Assembly: GCF_009914755.1 (NCBI RefSeq)
Contig: NC_060945.1
Length of the DNA stretch: 64,000 nt
From: the human T2T-CHM13v2.0 reference genome, Homo sapiens
Strand: one strand, 5' to 3'
This document shows, piece by piece, positions 44,190 to 57,523 of this stretch. The number at the start of each line of letters is the position of its first letter. Positions within the stretch are counted from its first letter, which is position 1. Position numbers and translations under genes: made by a program. The notes under the pieces were generated by a model. It searched no databases. It was given only the letters and a program-made list of their open reading frames with translations, and was not told the origin of the DNA.

Positions 44190-45951
44190 AGTACTAAATA
44201 TTGCACAATGCTGAACAAGTATAAGTTTATTTGTATAATATACTTCTATATTTCAAAGCCATTGACATTTCTGGAAAGAGTGCAAAAGTGAGCACTGATT
44301 AAATGGTTCCCAAGAGAAGTTGTCTGTTGTGTCTCAATAGCATCATTTACCAATGGGAGCTGTATTTTGTTTTTGGAAAATATACATTTTAATGTTCATT
44401 TTAAAAAATATACTAACCATTGTTTAGAAAGGCATATGCTATTTTGAAAAAAATTTGAGCAAACCAGAGAAGTGTAAACTTTAAGGCTCTAATCATATTT
44501 ATTTGCTATTTAACCCATAAGTCCAAAGTCTGATGACAAATATGTTTATGTAATACTGATATTTGGATAAATAAGTTAAACTAACAGCTTTCTTTTTAAA
44601 TGATAGGCTTATAATTGGTATGATGTTGAGATGGCTGCAGTGGATGGGCTCATCACCAGAATAAAATTTTCTCTTTAATAATTTTTTAGAACATTAAGTG
44701 AGAACCAGAGAGTCTAAAACTGGGTTACACAGCAGCAATAAAATCAGAGTGACACTTACTTTGCAGCAGCAGGACTGGAATTCTTGCTGTTGGGGTTGGT
44801 GGCAGCAAACTCAATTATGGGTGTCTCCTGCTTCATGCTTAGATGGTGTGTTGGAACATTTCCTGTTTAGAACTCTCTAACACTTCCTGACTAGAGCTGT
44901 TTAAAATAGAAACAAACTCCTCTGATTTTGAATTTAGCCTATTTATTGTTACGATTTGTTCATATGTTTCCACTTTTTAGATTGTGGCTTTCTTGTAGAC
45001 AGAAATTATATCTTATACCTCTTTTTCTTCAGCAGCAGTGTGCCTGGCACCTAGTTAAATTGTCAGGTTCATTGAATGAGTAAAGCAAAATTATACTAGA
45101 CTTAAACTATTAACTTTATCAATTTTACTCAGAAAATATATAGCTAAGTATGACGTATGAATCAATTTACTCACTTATTCAACAAACTTTTTTAAGTGAC
45201 TACAATATGTTATGAGCTAGGAATATGACAGTAAACAAATCTCACCTTGTCTCAAACTTCAGTGTATCCAGGAGTCTCTAGAAGTTTAATTCTTGCTCAA
45301 TCAGCAATTCCTTTTCACTGAAGACTTGACAAGAAGGTTTGAGAAGGCAAGAGTGTGTGAACTCAGCAGATGTTTGTGATGCACCTACCTACTGTGTGCC
45401 AGAAGTTGTAGTGTCACAGGCTCTGCCTGTGTCTCCTAGGAAAGGTGAAAACTAAGGACAATATTTTACACAACAAATAATGGCAAGTATGCCATGTGAT
45501 GGAGAGGGAAAGCGCTGGCTCCCAAGAGTATAACAGGCACTGAGCCTAGCGTGGGGTCCAGGCGTCTCTGGCATGGTGCCCTCCTAGGTCCTGGTTGTCC
45601 CTCCTCGTTGCTTCTGCTGTCTTCTTCAGTTACATCTGCTTCTCTGCATTTCCTCATTTTACAGTATGTGGAATGCAGTCATCTCTGAACAGGAGTAGGC
45701 AACTGTGCACCTGTTATGCCATGCTTGATGCTCTGCATTGATGTACACTGGGCCCAGGTTTCCCTGGTGGACTGTTTGGGCCATTCTTGTCATCTGGCTC
45801 TGAAGTCTTTGCTCACAGAGGTGCACTTGCCAGATGGGTAAGCCAGAGATCTGGGGTCTCTGATGAGGCCACTCTCACCCTGCTTATATTCCCTGACATA
45901 CCTAACAGATGAAGCTCAGGTGGGCGATGCACCTCAGGCCACAGGGTGGAC

Positions 45952-46484
45952 TGTTGTAACCAAGCTAGTTATAGAAGAACACCACACTTTGAGACAAATT
46001 AAGGAGTCCTTTATTAGCCGGCAACCGAGAGGCAAGTAATGCGGAAAATTCTCTTGGCCCCGAGTAAGGGGCTGGTTTTGTTTTTATACCGTGGTCTAAA
46101 TAGGGGAGGGGGGAGTTTAACTGAAACAAGTTTTACAGAAGCAGAGCTGGCAAATAGTTAAAAAATTAATTGGTTACAATAGCAGTTACAAAACAAATAA
46201 ACAGTTCCAGGTGCAGGGGCTTAAACTATCACAAAGAGAGAAATGCAGGGGTTTTGCATGACATTCACTGAGTGCGTACCCAGGAGCAGCTGTTGCAGCT
46301 TGCCTCAATATCTTATCAGTAAGTGCATTCCTGGACCTGCTTTGAGTCAGTTTACACTAGTTATACAATTAAGGGTGGGAGGTAAAGGGGGCTGCATGCG
46401 AAGAAAGAAACTAAAATGGAGTCTGTCCGGCTCTCTCTCCACTAGGAGAGTGTCACTCAGGTTAAAACAAGGTAGGGTATCACA
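45952..46484 (-). mobile_element. ERV1 solo LTR (LTR6-like)
   Basis: Minus strand starts TGTGATACCCTACCTTGTTTTAACCTGA and ends CA; AATAAA present; 4-bp TSD ggac at 45948-45951 and 46485-46488. Confidence 0.85.
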
Positions 46485-47051
46485 GGACCATGTACAATTC
46501 TTCAAACTCCAGCTTCAACTCTCTTTCTTATTGCTCTCTTAGGACAGTATATTTAGATCAGAGTAAATGAAAGTAATGTTATTAGGAGATAAGATTAAAA
46601 TTGATCCCATTTGTAAAAAGGGAAGTAGATTATTTGTGAACTGTAATACTTTTTTTTAGTGAAGAATCACCTTAAAACTTGGAACCTGGATACAAGATAA
46701 TTCCTTCATTCTGTAAAAGTTTAGTAGCAAACTATATGCCAGGACTGTGCTAGGTACTAGGGATAGATGGTTGAATATATAGTATAAGATGCCTTGGACT
46801 GTCAGATAGTTTCATATAAATGGCTCATGCAGTATATAGACAGTGTGGTAAAAAGAGACTACTGAGATGCACAGAGGACAGACAATAAAGCGTCTTTGAA
46901 TGGTAGATAAATGTGTTTGGGCTTTTCACTCAGGGCTGTTGAAGTTTTTGAAGGTCAGTGGTCTCAGAGTTTTGGTGTTTTCAAGCCCTGCTAAGCACTT
47001 TGTTTCTAGCTGATGATTGGCCACCATTACTGATCATCTATTGGCTCTGTC

Positions 47052-47576
47052 TGATTCAGCAATCCCACCACTGAGTATTTATGCAAAGGAAAAGAAATCA
47101 ATGTATCAGAAAGATAACTGTGCTTGTGTATTTGTTGCAACACTATTCACAGTAGCACAGACATAAAATCAAACTAAATGCCCATCAACAAATGATTGGA
47201 GAAAGAAAATGTAGAAAATATACACAATGAAATACTATTCAGGCATAAAAAACAATAGAATCATAACTTTTGAAGACACATGGATGGAACTGGAGGCCAT
47301 TGTTGTAAGTGAAGCAAGCCAGACACAGAGTAAACATCGTATTTTATCACTCATAAGCGGGTGCTAAAAGACGTGTAGATATTGACGTAGAGAGTGGAAT
47401 GATAATGGAGACTCAGCAGGGTGAGAGGATGGAAGGGGTGAATAGTGAGAAATTACTTAATGGGTACAATGTGCATTATTCTGGTGATGGATACCTAAAA
47501 GCCCTGACTTCACCACTATGCCATCCATGCTTACAGCAAAATTGCACTTGGAACCCATAAATTTATACAAAAAAAG
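47052..47576 (+). mobile_element. L1PB4/L1MA-like 3' end
   Basis: cagcaatccca...tggatggaactggaggccatt...aaatttatacaaaaaaa. Confidence 0.8.
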
Positions 47577-49892
47577 TCTTAGACCTCTCTCTCTTCTCTC
47601 ATAAGCCTCAGAGCTCAATGATCCCCTTGGATCTCCTCAGCCTGCTGAGTTGTGATTTTCCTACCTAAGGTGATTTTGGGCAGAGACAAGGGAGTGCTTC
47701 AGGAAGATGTTCTCAGGCACACGCTTCTAAAGAAACATTGGAGACTCTTCTACTGGCCTTTATCTAGTCACTACTTTAAGCAAGGAATAAAACATCTGTG
47801 GCTAAAATTGGTAAAACTGTGTTTCCCACCCACCCTTCAGACCTGACAGAAGAGTTTTTAGGACTTTAAGGGAACAGCTTTTTCCTGACCCAAAAGGGCA
47901 CAGTAGTGCAAAGGCCAATGTCACGTAGGTACCGTTTCCCCATCTGTAAAATAACTTTCAGATACGATTCCTACACCTGGAATCAGTACAGTGTTTTGAC
48001 TGAGGTATTAGAAAAACTTATGAGTTCATTATCATTTGAACATATGAGTAATGTAAAATTTAGGCAGAATTTTATTTGAAAGGATTATTTATGTAATTTT
48101 TGATTAAATGATTTATATTGCAGTTATTTCAAACAATAAAAATCAGGTCATTGTGTTGTAAGCTAGAAATACTTACAATAACACATTGTCTTGATTATCT
48201 CACATGATGAATTGAAGATTAAAGCAAAATAATTTATCTTAGGGAATTCTGTGACAGTTTCTCTTTCTCTTTGCTTTAATAATGACTTCAAACTCTTGTA
48301 CATACATAGAGAACTCCTGGCTAAAGATTTTTTTTTGTCTATTGTGCTATGTTTCTGTAACTTTTTAAGATCTAGAGGAACATACATTTAGTCTCAGTTG
48401 GCCAACTAAATGTTATGGAGTCAGCTTCTGTGTTATGTGCTGAGCATTGAAGGAACGGTGGAGACAAGGCTGCTACCCTCGCGGAGTCTGCTGAGAAAAC
48501 CTGGTGGAGTGCGGCAGGGAACATGCTGGGAGCATCCCAGGATGCCAAAAGTGCACACGGATGGAACACTTGCCTTAGAACAGGGGAGGGTCAGACAAGG
48601 AGAAGTGTCAGGAAAAACAAGGAAAGTTTAAAATGCAGGAATAGAAACACACTTGAGAAATCCATGGGGAATGAAAAGAGAATGGCTGAGCAGCAGCAGA
48701 TTGTCAAAAAGGAAATCAAGAAGGAGCAGCCAAAGAGGTTGATGGAGAACCAGGAGAAAGAAGGTGACACTGAAGCCAAGGGAAGGAAAGTGTTTCAACA
48801 TTTCTGGGAAAAAATGACATGCTCTGTCTTAACCTTGCTGTTTTATGAGTCATATAGCCACATTCCAGGTTCTGAGAAGTCCAGCACAAAAGATGTTTCT
48901 TTTAATTTGCTTAACCCAACATTTGCCAGAATAATCTGGGCTCAGTGTGAGTGTGTGTGCGTGTGTGTGCCTGTGTGTTCTACTAATATCTCACTGAGGC
49001 TAGTGCTGTACACAACATAAATTTTAAAACACTGGTTTTATCCATCTTTCTGTTCAGCTGCAGCAACATTTACAAAGGTCAACTTTGATCATGTGTCTTC
49101 ATTACTAAAGGAAACAAAACAAACTAATGAATAAAGCCCACCTGGCAGTTGCTCCTCACTACCTGTACGTCACAGCCCACCTGGCTTGGCCTGGGTGCCC
49201 TGTGCTGACCTGGCCGTGCTGTCTTCTGCCTGCTGCTTTGCCTCCCCTTTCCTCCTGGAGAAGGTAGAGATGCTCTGAGCTTTGGCCCGTCTGGAACATG
49301 TGTCCTTCCCCTCATGTGGCCCATGTTTTCCTGAATCCACTTTAATCTTGTTTAAGGGTATAGAACTTTCCTTAAAGCTTTTGGTCAGGTCTCACTCTCT
49401 ATGCTCTCTTCCTGCCCCTTCTACAATGTACATACTTTACTGATACATTAATTATGCTATACCAGCCCAGGTTTTTACTTCTATATCATTTTATATCATC
49501 ATCATTTTTCTTAGAGCTTAGTTCATTTATTTATTCAGTCTTTCCAAAATATAATTGTATGTCATATAATTTCATATTTATTTTCATTGGTGTTTATATA
49601 TCTTTTCTGTAAAAATGGAGGCTTTCTAAATAGATCTTCATTAATGTTGAAATAACAAGGTTTCATGTTTTGGTCTCAGCCAAAAGGAGTTCCCCACATT
49701 ACCAGGAGGGAAATAAACACTTGCATTGTTGCATTAGATATTCTTACAGAGAAAGAGAACCATGTGTAATGGAAAATTGCTAACTTTGCCTCAGGGAGAC
49801 CAGGTTGATTCACTGAGAAAGTCTGAATTGGTTTAGAAAGCATAGTTCTGAGTTTTCTAGAAGGACAAAAGTTAGAGTAGGGCATAAGAAGT

Positions 49893-52160
49893 AATGCCCA
49901 TATCAAAAAATTAGAAATATCTCAAATTAACCACCTAACATCACAACTGAAAGAATTAGAGAAGCAAGAAGAACTCAACCACAAAGCTTATAGAAGACAA
50001 GAAATAACTAAAATCAGAGCTGAATTGAAGGAAATTGAGACATGAAAAACTGTACAAAAGATCACTTAATCAAGGTTTTTTGAAAAAATTAATAAGATAG
50101 ATAGGGCACTAGCTAGACTAATAAAGAAGAAAAGAGAGAAGATTCAAATAAACAAAATTAGAAATGATGAAGAGAATGTTACCACTGACCCCAGAGAAAT
50201 AAAAATAACAACCAGCAACTACTACGAGCACCTCTATACACACAAACTAGAAACCCTAGAAGAGATTAATAAATTCCTGGACACATATACTCTCTCAAGA
50301 CTGAACCAGGAAGAAATTCAGTCTCTGAGCAGACCAATTATGAGTTCAAAAAATTGAATCCATAATAAATAGCCTATCACCCCCCCCCCCAAAAAAAACC
50401 CAGGACCTGATAGATTAACAAATTTTAACAGACGTACAAAGAAGAGCCAGTACCAGTCCTACTGAAACTATTTCAAGAAATAGAGGAGGAGGGACTCTTC
50501 CCCAACTTGTTCTACGAGGCCAGAATCATCCTGATACCAAAGCCTGGCAGTGACACAACAAAAGAAGAAAACTTCAGGCCAGTATCCTTGATGAACATCC
50601 ATTCAATAATCCACAACAAAATACTTGCAAACTGCATCTAGCAACACATCAAAAGGCTAATTCACCATAGTGAAGTAAGCTTCTTCCCTGGAATGGAAGG
50701 TTGGTCCATCATGGGCAAATCAATAAAATGTGATTCGTAACATAAATTAAACTAAAGATAAGAACCACGTGATTGTCTCAACAGATGCAGAAAAGGCTTT
50801 CAGTAAAATTCAACAAAGCTTCATGTTAAAAATTCGCAATAAATGAGGTATCAAAGGAACATACCTCAAAATAATAAAGGCCACCTATGACAAACTCACA
50901 GCCAACATTATACTAAATGGGCAAAATCTGGAAGCATCCTCCTTGAAACCCGCACAAGACAAGGATGCCCTCTCTCACCACTCCTATTCAACATAGTATT
51001 AGAAGTCCTTTCTGGAGCAATCTGACAAGAGAAAGAAATAAAGCGTATTTACATAGAAAGAGAAGTCCAACTACCTCTGTTTGCAGACAACATAATTCTC
51101 TATCTAAACCCTATAGTTGTGACCCAAAAACTCCTTAAGCTGATAAACAACTTCCACAAAGTTTCAGGACACAAAATCAATGTACGAAATTTGCTAGCAT
51201 TCCTATACACCAAGAAAAGCCAAACTAAGAGCCAAATCAGAGAGGCAATTTTATTCACAATTTCCATGAAAAGAATAAAGTACATACGAATACAGCTAAC
51301 CAGGGAGGTGAAAAATCTCTACAATGAAAATTACAAAACACTGCTCAAAGAAGTCAGAGAAGACACAGATAAATGAAAAATCATTCCATGTTAATGGAGA
51401 GAAATAATTAATATCATTTAAATGGTTGTACTGCTCAAGGCTGTTCCTATTAAACTACCAATGACATGCTTCATGGAAGCAGAAAAAAGCTATTCAAAAA
51501 TTCATATAGAACTAAGAAAGAACCTAAGTAGCCAAGGCAATCCTAAGCAAAAAAAACAAAGCTTGAGGCATCACATTACCCGACTTCAAACTATACTACA
51601 GCCCTATAGTAACCAAAACAGCATGGTACTAGTGCAAAAACAGACACATACACCAGTGGAACAGAATAGAGAGGTTAGAAGTAAGACCACATACCTACAA
51701 CTATCTAATCTTTGACTAAGCTGGCAAAAACAAGCAATGGGGAAAAGATTCCCTATTCAATAAATGGTGCTGGGATAACTGGCTAGCGATATGCAGAAGA
51801 TTGAAGTTGGACTTCTTCCTTATACTATACACAAAAATCACTGAAGATGGATTAAATACTTAAATGTAAAACCCAAAACTATAAAAGCCCTGGAAGACAA
51901 CATAGACAATACCATCCTGGACATAGAAAGAGACAAAGATTTCATGATAAAGACATCAAAAACAACTATTGACAAGTGGGATCTAATTAAACTTAAAAGC
52001 TTCTGCTCAGCAAAAGAAATTATCAAGAGAGTGAACAGACAACATATAGAATGAGGAAAAAATATTTACAAACTATGTGTCTGACAAAGATCTAATATTC
52101 AATATAAGGAACTTAAATTTACAAGAGAAAAACAAAAAACCCTATTAAAAAGTGGCCAAA
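49893..52160 (+). mobile_element. Older L1PA/L1PB ORF2 fragment
   Basis: ORF2 motifs (caaggatgccctctctcaccactcctattcaacatagt; gacttcaaactatactac). Confidence 0.85.
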
Positions 52161-54035
52161 GCCCTGACTTCTGAATGGCACTTCTAGACCCAGCCAGGGA
52201 CTGAGGGATCTCACTGCCTTAAAGGAAAGAACACAGGCCTGTCTGGCTTTGCCAACTGCTAATTGTAGAGACCAAAGGCCTTGAGTGAACATAGGCAGTC
52301 GTCAGAAAGTGCATGCAGCAGGACTTGAGCAAGACCCGTGCTGTGCTAGCTTCAGGTCTGATCCAGGGCATCATAGTGGTGGTGGCCAGGGGTGCTTGTG
52401 TCTTTCTTCTCCCAGCTTTAGGTGGCTTAGAACAGAGAGAAAGACTCTGTATCTTTGAGAGAAAATAAGGGTAGGGAAAAAGAGTCTCTAGCTAGTAATC
52501 CAGAAAATTCTCCTGGATCTTGTTGAAGGCTGTCAGGGTGGTACTTCTGTGAGTCTGGAAGAATTACAGCATTATTGGGTATAAGGTGCCCCATAAAGCA
52601 GATATAGCTTAGATCACAACACCCAACTCTTTTCAAATATGTGAAAGCCTTCCTAAGAAAGATAGCTACAAATAAGCCCAGACAATGAAGACTACAATAA
52701 ATACTCACCTTTTCTCTCTTTAAATTTTATTTTTTAAACCTCTCATATGGTGCTGCATGCCCAAGATTTTAATGTCCAGACACTGAAGAACATCTACTAG
52801 CATCAACACCATCCAGGAAAACATGACCTCACCAAGTGAACTAAATAAGGCACTGGGGACAAATACTGGAGAAAAAGAGATATGTGATGTTTCAGACAGA
52901 GAATTCGAAATAGCTGTATTTAAAAAAAAAAACTGAAAGAAATTTCAGATAACAAAGTAAAGAAATTCCAAATTTTATCAGCTAAACTCAACAAAGAGAT
53001 TGAAATAGTTACAGCAAATAAAGCAGAAATTCTGAGCTGAAAAATGCAATTGGCATGCTGAAGAATGCAATAAAGCCATGTAACAGCAGAATGGATCAAG
53101 CAGAAGAAATAGTGAGCTCGAAGACAGGCTCTTTGAAAATACATAGAAGAGACAAAAGAAAAAGAATAAAAACAACAAATCATGCGGACAGGATCTAGAA
53201 AATAGCCTCACAAAGACAGATCTAAGAGTTATTTGTTTTAAAGAAGATGTAGAGAAAGAGGCAGGGGAGGATCTAGAAAATAGCCTCACGAAGACAGATC
53301 TAAGAGTTATTGGTTTTAAAGAAGATGTAGAGAAAGAGGCAGGGGTAGAAAAATTTATTCAAAGGGATAATAACACAGAACTTTCCAAACCTAGAGAAAG
53401 ATATCCATATCCACCTACAAAAATGTTATAGAACATTAAGCAGATTTAACCCAAAAAAGACTACTTCAAAGCATTCAATAGATCTTCTAAAAGTCAAAAA
53501 TAAAGAAAAGTTCTAAACGAAGAAAGAGAAAAGGAACAAATAACATACTGGGGAGCTCCAACACGTCTGGCAGCAGACTTTACAGTGGAAACTCTACTGG
53601 CCAGGAGAGAGAAGCAATAAATATTTAAAGTATTAAAGGAAAAAAAACTTTTACCTTAGAATAGAATATACAGTGAAAATTTTCTTCAAATAAAAAGAAG
53701 AAATACTGACTTTTTCAGACAAACAAAAGCTGAAGTATTTTATGAATACCATACCTGTCCTAAAGGAATGCTAAAGGGAGTACTTCAATCAGGAAGAAAA
53801 GGACATTAAGGAGCAATGAATGATCACCTAAAGGTAAAAAAAAAAATCCTCACTGCTAATAGGATACAAAACAAAACAGAATATTATAACACTATAGATG
53901 GGTGTTGTGTAAACTACTCTTATTCAAGGTAGGAATACTAAATAATATCCAATCAAAAGTAATAACTACGACAACATTTCAAGACATAGCACAATAAAAT
54001 ATAAATAGAAACAACAAAAAGTTACAAAGTTAAGG
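52160..54035 (+). mobile_element. L1M 5'UTR/ORF1 with internal 78-bp tandem duplication (53190-53345)
   Basis: ORF1 remnants (cagacaaacaaaagctg, ggcagcagactt); duplicated aggatctagaaaatagcctcac...gaggcagggg. Confidence 0.75.
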
Positions 54036-54386
54036 GATGAGCACGACCCGTCCCGAGCCGGCAGATGTGGTGGAAGCTCCGGAGCTCGAGAGCTCGCGGA
54101 AGGACTGGAGCATGGGCGGAAGGGAGGCCGCCCCGAGAGCCGGAAGCCTGGGCAGGGGACGGAGGCCTCCGGCGCCCCCCAGCAACAGCAGGGCGGCACC
54201 ACATTGGTCCTGCGCCAGGTCTGGCCGCCGGTGACGGCGGGACGCTCTGGGAGGCCGGCGGTGCTCGGGTGTAGAGGGAGACAGCTGCCTGGGGGCACCG
54301 GCGAGCGCCTCTGGGGGTCCCGGATCCGAGACCCGCGGCCCCGGGGTGGCGGTGATGCCTGGAGTGGTGCGGGCGTTGCTGGGCCG

Positions 54387-54398
54387 GGCTCTTGAGGC
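54387..54398 (+). promoter_or_regulatory. 5S upstream D box (-32 to -21)
   Basis: ggctcttgaggc vs consensus GGCTCTTGGGGC at the exact offset from +1 (54419). Confidence 0.8.
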
Positions 54399-54418
54399 AG
54401 CCAGGCGCCGCTGCTGGC

Positions 54419-54539
54419 GTCTAGGCCACACCACCCTGAACGCGCCCGCTCGCCTCTGATCTGTTGAAGCTAAGCAGGGTCGGTCCTGGTTAGTACTTGG
54501 ATGGGATTCCACCTGGTAATAGATGGTACGTAGGCTTTT
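54419..54539 (+). pseudogene. RNA5SP284: 5S rRNA pseudogene, full length, diverged
   Basis: gtcta-ggccacaccaccctgaacgcgccc...gaagctaagcagggtcgg.cctggttagtacttggatggga...gtaggctttt; box A intact, box C nearly intact, T4 terminator. Paralog number inferred. Confidence 0.95.
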
Positions 54540-55551
54540 GGCTTCCCGCTCTCCCTCTTTCCCCCTTTTGTCTCCGTGCTTCCCAACCGCCTCCCGACTC
54601 TGCTCCCCCTTGACCGCCCCCGCGCCCCAGCCGAAGCCCAGGACCTCCTCCTGAAGATCCGCCAATGCAGCACCGCCAGGCAGCAGCATCCCACCTCCTC
54701 CGACTCGCGGCAGCCCCACCAGGAGCCCGGCTCCAACCCTGGCGCGACGGGACCGACCCTGAGGGCGAAGGCACGGGTTCCCTGAGGTCCCGGGTGTCTT
54801 CACGCTCCCCGGATTCCCAGGCAATTCCATTCATTCTTCCAGCGACGCGGCAACCGTGCAAGCCGGGGGAAGGGGCGGGCAGGGGCAGCGGGTCCCACAG
54901 ACCCCAGCCAAGACCTCCACTCCAGAACCCGTGGGCTGCTTTCCCCAGGGGAAGGATAGTGTCATTGCCAGCCACGAGGAAATCCGTCCCTGTGCACCCG
55001 GTTTCCCAATGCCACCGACTTCGTGTGAACTCCAGTCCTGAGGAGAGGAGAGACCCAGGCCTCGCCCCATGGACAAGCTTGGCACCAAGGCTCCCTCCAG
55101 ACAAACGAGCACACTCTACAAATCTCGGGGCCCACCGCAACAAGGAGACAGAAAGAAGCAAACAAAGGAAGGACCTTATGAAACGCACCCACAAAGCAAC
55201 CAACCAATTCAAGAAAATAAAACACGTCTTAGGGCTCCGTTGGTTTTCCCGGGTGGGGGGCCCTGACCCCCTGTTCTAGCCCGGCCCAAGCACCCTCCAC
55301 CCCACCCCGGCCTGCTGAAAGGTGCGCTGTCTACCTGAGCAGAGCCTCCCTCTCCAAGGCTCTGTTGCTGTCACTCTACCACTCCCTCACCCTCTCCCTT
55401 TCTCTACTTCCCCCTCCACCTCGCGCTCTACTGTGGCGCTCTCTCTTCCCCCCTCTCTGTCTCTCCTCCCCCCTTCTCTGTCTCTCTCTCTATCGCTGTC
55501 TCTCTCTCTCCTGGTTCTATTTCTCCATCGCTCTCTCCCTTGCTCTCCTTC

Positions 55552-56011
55552 TGTAGCAGGAGGAGTTGCAGACAAAACCCCTCAGACACCGAGTTGTAGA
55601 AGGAGGGGCTTTATTCAGCTGGGAGCATCGGCAGACTCACGTCTCCAAAAACCTAGCTCTCTGAGTAAGCAATTCCTGTCCCTCTTAAGGGCTTACAACT
55701 CTAACGGGGTCCGCGTGAGAGGGTCGTGATGGATTGAGGAAGCAGAGGGTACGTGACTGGGGGCTGCATGCACCGGTAATTAGATCAGAACAAAACGGGA
55801 CAGGGATTTTCACAGTGCTTTTCTATACAATGTCTGTAATCTATAGATAACATAACCGAGTAGGTCAGGGGTCGATCTTTAACTACCAGGCCCAGGGTGT
55901 GGCGCAGGGCTGTCTGCCTGTGGATTTCATTTCTGCCTTTTAGATTTTACTTCTTCTTTCTTTGGAGGCAGAAATTGGGCATAAGACAATATGAGGGGTG
56001 GTCTCCCTTCA
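55552..56011 (-). mobile_element. ERV1 solo LTR (LTR15-like) in 5S spacer
   Basis: Minus strand TGAAGGGAGACCACCCCTCATATTGTCTTATGCCC...CA; empty site ccttgctctccttc|aagct seen in unit 2 at ~57347-57365. Confidence 0.8.
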
Positions 56012-56858
56012 AGCTATCGGTGTCTGTGTCTTTGTGTGTCCATGTGCGTGTGACCGGGTGTGGTGTGTCTGTGTCCGTGTGTGTGTCTGCGCGCGTGCAC
56101 CCGTGTGTATCCGTGTGTGTGTCAGGGTGGGTTTGCTTGTGGTAGTGGTGGGGTGTGTCTGGGTGTCCGTCAGCCCCTCTTTCACGGGATGAGGCTGCCG
56201 GGGCTCTAGTGCTGGCGTGGGGCAAAGCAGAGCCCTCCTGCCCCGTTGGCAACGGCGGGTCCTTGTCGGAACAAGCGACGATTGTTTAGGTGTTGTAAGA
56301 AAAATGGCCCGCGGGGCTGGGCTGGCTGTTCGCCCCGGTCAGCCCTGGAGGCTCTGGGTGTGTGGGGCAAGAGGGGGCCTTGCATGAAGGGCAGCAAGGA
56401 ATCCAAAATAATTTTTCCGCGGCAAGGCGGAGGACCCGAGGGGACCCGAGGACAGTGGGCCCTGGGCCCTGACGCCTCGTAGCACACCCCTTCCTGAGCG
56501 GGCCCCTGGTGGTGGAAGCTCTGGAGCTCGAGAGCCAGGGGGAAGGCCTGGAGTGTCAGCGAGAGGGTGGCCGCCTGGAGAGTCCAGAGCCCTGGCAGGG
56601 GAGGGAGGCCTCTGGCGCCTAGGTGGTCTCGCACGTGGTCTGGCCGCCAGCGACAGCGGGACGCTCTGGGAAGTCGGCGGAAAGCGCAGCACGGCGACTA
56701 GTGGTGCTTGGGGGTAGAAGGGGAGAGAAGCCCGGCCAGGGGCAAGTGGCTCTGGGGTGACTGATCCCAGCCCTGTGGCCCCGGGTTGCTGGTGACGCCT
56801 GGAATCAGGCGGGCGTAGCTGGACTGGACTCTTGGGCCAGCCAGGCACCACTGCCATT

Positions 56859-56881
56859 GTCTAAAGCCACACCACCCGGAA
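56859..56881 (+). pseudogene. Truncated second 5S gene (first ~22 nt)
   Basis: gtctaaagccacaccaccc preceded by D box gactcttgggcc at -32; then jumps to spacer sequence equivalent to ~55045. Confidence 0.75.
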
Positions 56882-57523
56882 AATGAGAGAGACCCAAGCC
56901 GCAACCCGTGGGCACGCTCAGCGCCACTGCTCCTGCCACAGTGAGGGGCGCACTCTACAACTTTCAGGGTCCACAGCACCAAGAGGACAGGGAGGAGCCA
57001 ACAAAGGAATGAGGCTACGAAACGCACCCCCAAAGCAACCAACCAATCCAAGTAAAAACACGTCTCAGGGCTCTGTTGGTTTTTCCGCGTGGGCGGCCCT
57101 GCCCCCCTGTTCCAGCCCGTCCCAGACACCCTCCACCCTACCCTGGCCAAAGGGGCCCCTGTCTACCAGATACAGCCTCCCTCTCCAAGGCTCTGTTGCT
57201 CTCCCTGTCTAGCTCCCTCACCCTTTCCCTTTCTCTACTTCCCTCTCCACCTTGCTCTCTCTCTCTCAATCTCCCCAGTTCCTCTCTGTCTCTCTCTCGA
57301 TCGCTGTTTCTCTCTCCTTCCGTTTCTATCTCTCCATCCCTCTGTCCCTTGCTCTCCTTCAAGCTGTCTGTGTCTGTGTGTGTGCTTGTGTTCCCGCGCG
57401 TGCGCCCATGTGTGTCTGTGTGTTTGGGAGTGGGTTTGCTAATGATTGTGGTGGGTGAGTCTGGATGTCCATCAGTACCTTAGTCCCGGGATCAGGCTGC
57501 CAACTCTATTGCCAGAGCGTGGG

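Larger units (their letters stand above)
54036..57523 (+). repeat. 5S rDNA orphon: two degenerate tandem units with spacer (polypyrimidine and GT tracts)
   Basis: tggtggaagct..ggagctcgagagc at ~54068 and ~56510; D boxes at 54387 and 56827; gaaacgcacc...aaacacgtct.agggctc block at ~55180 and ~57019; CT and GT tracts in both units. Confidence 0.88.
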
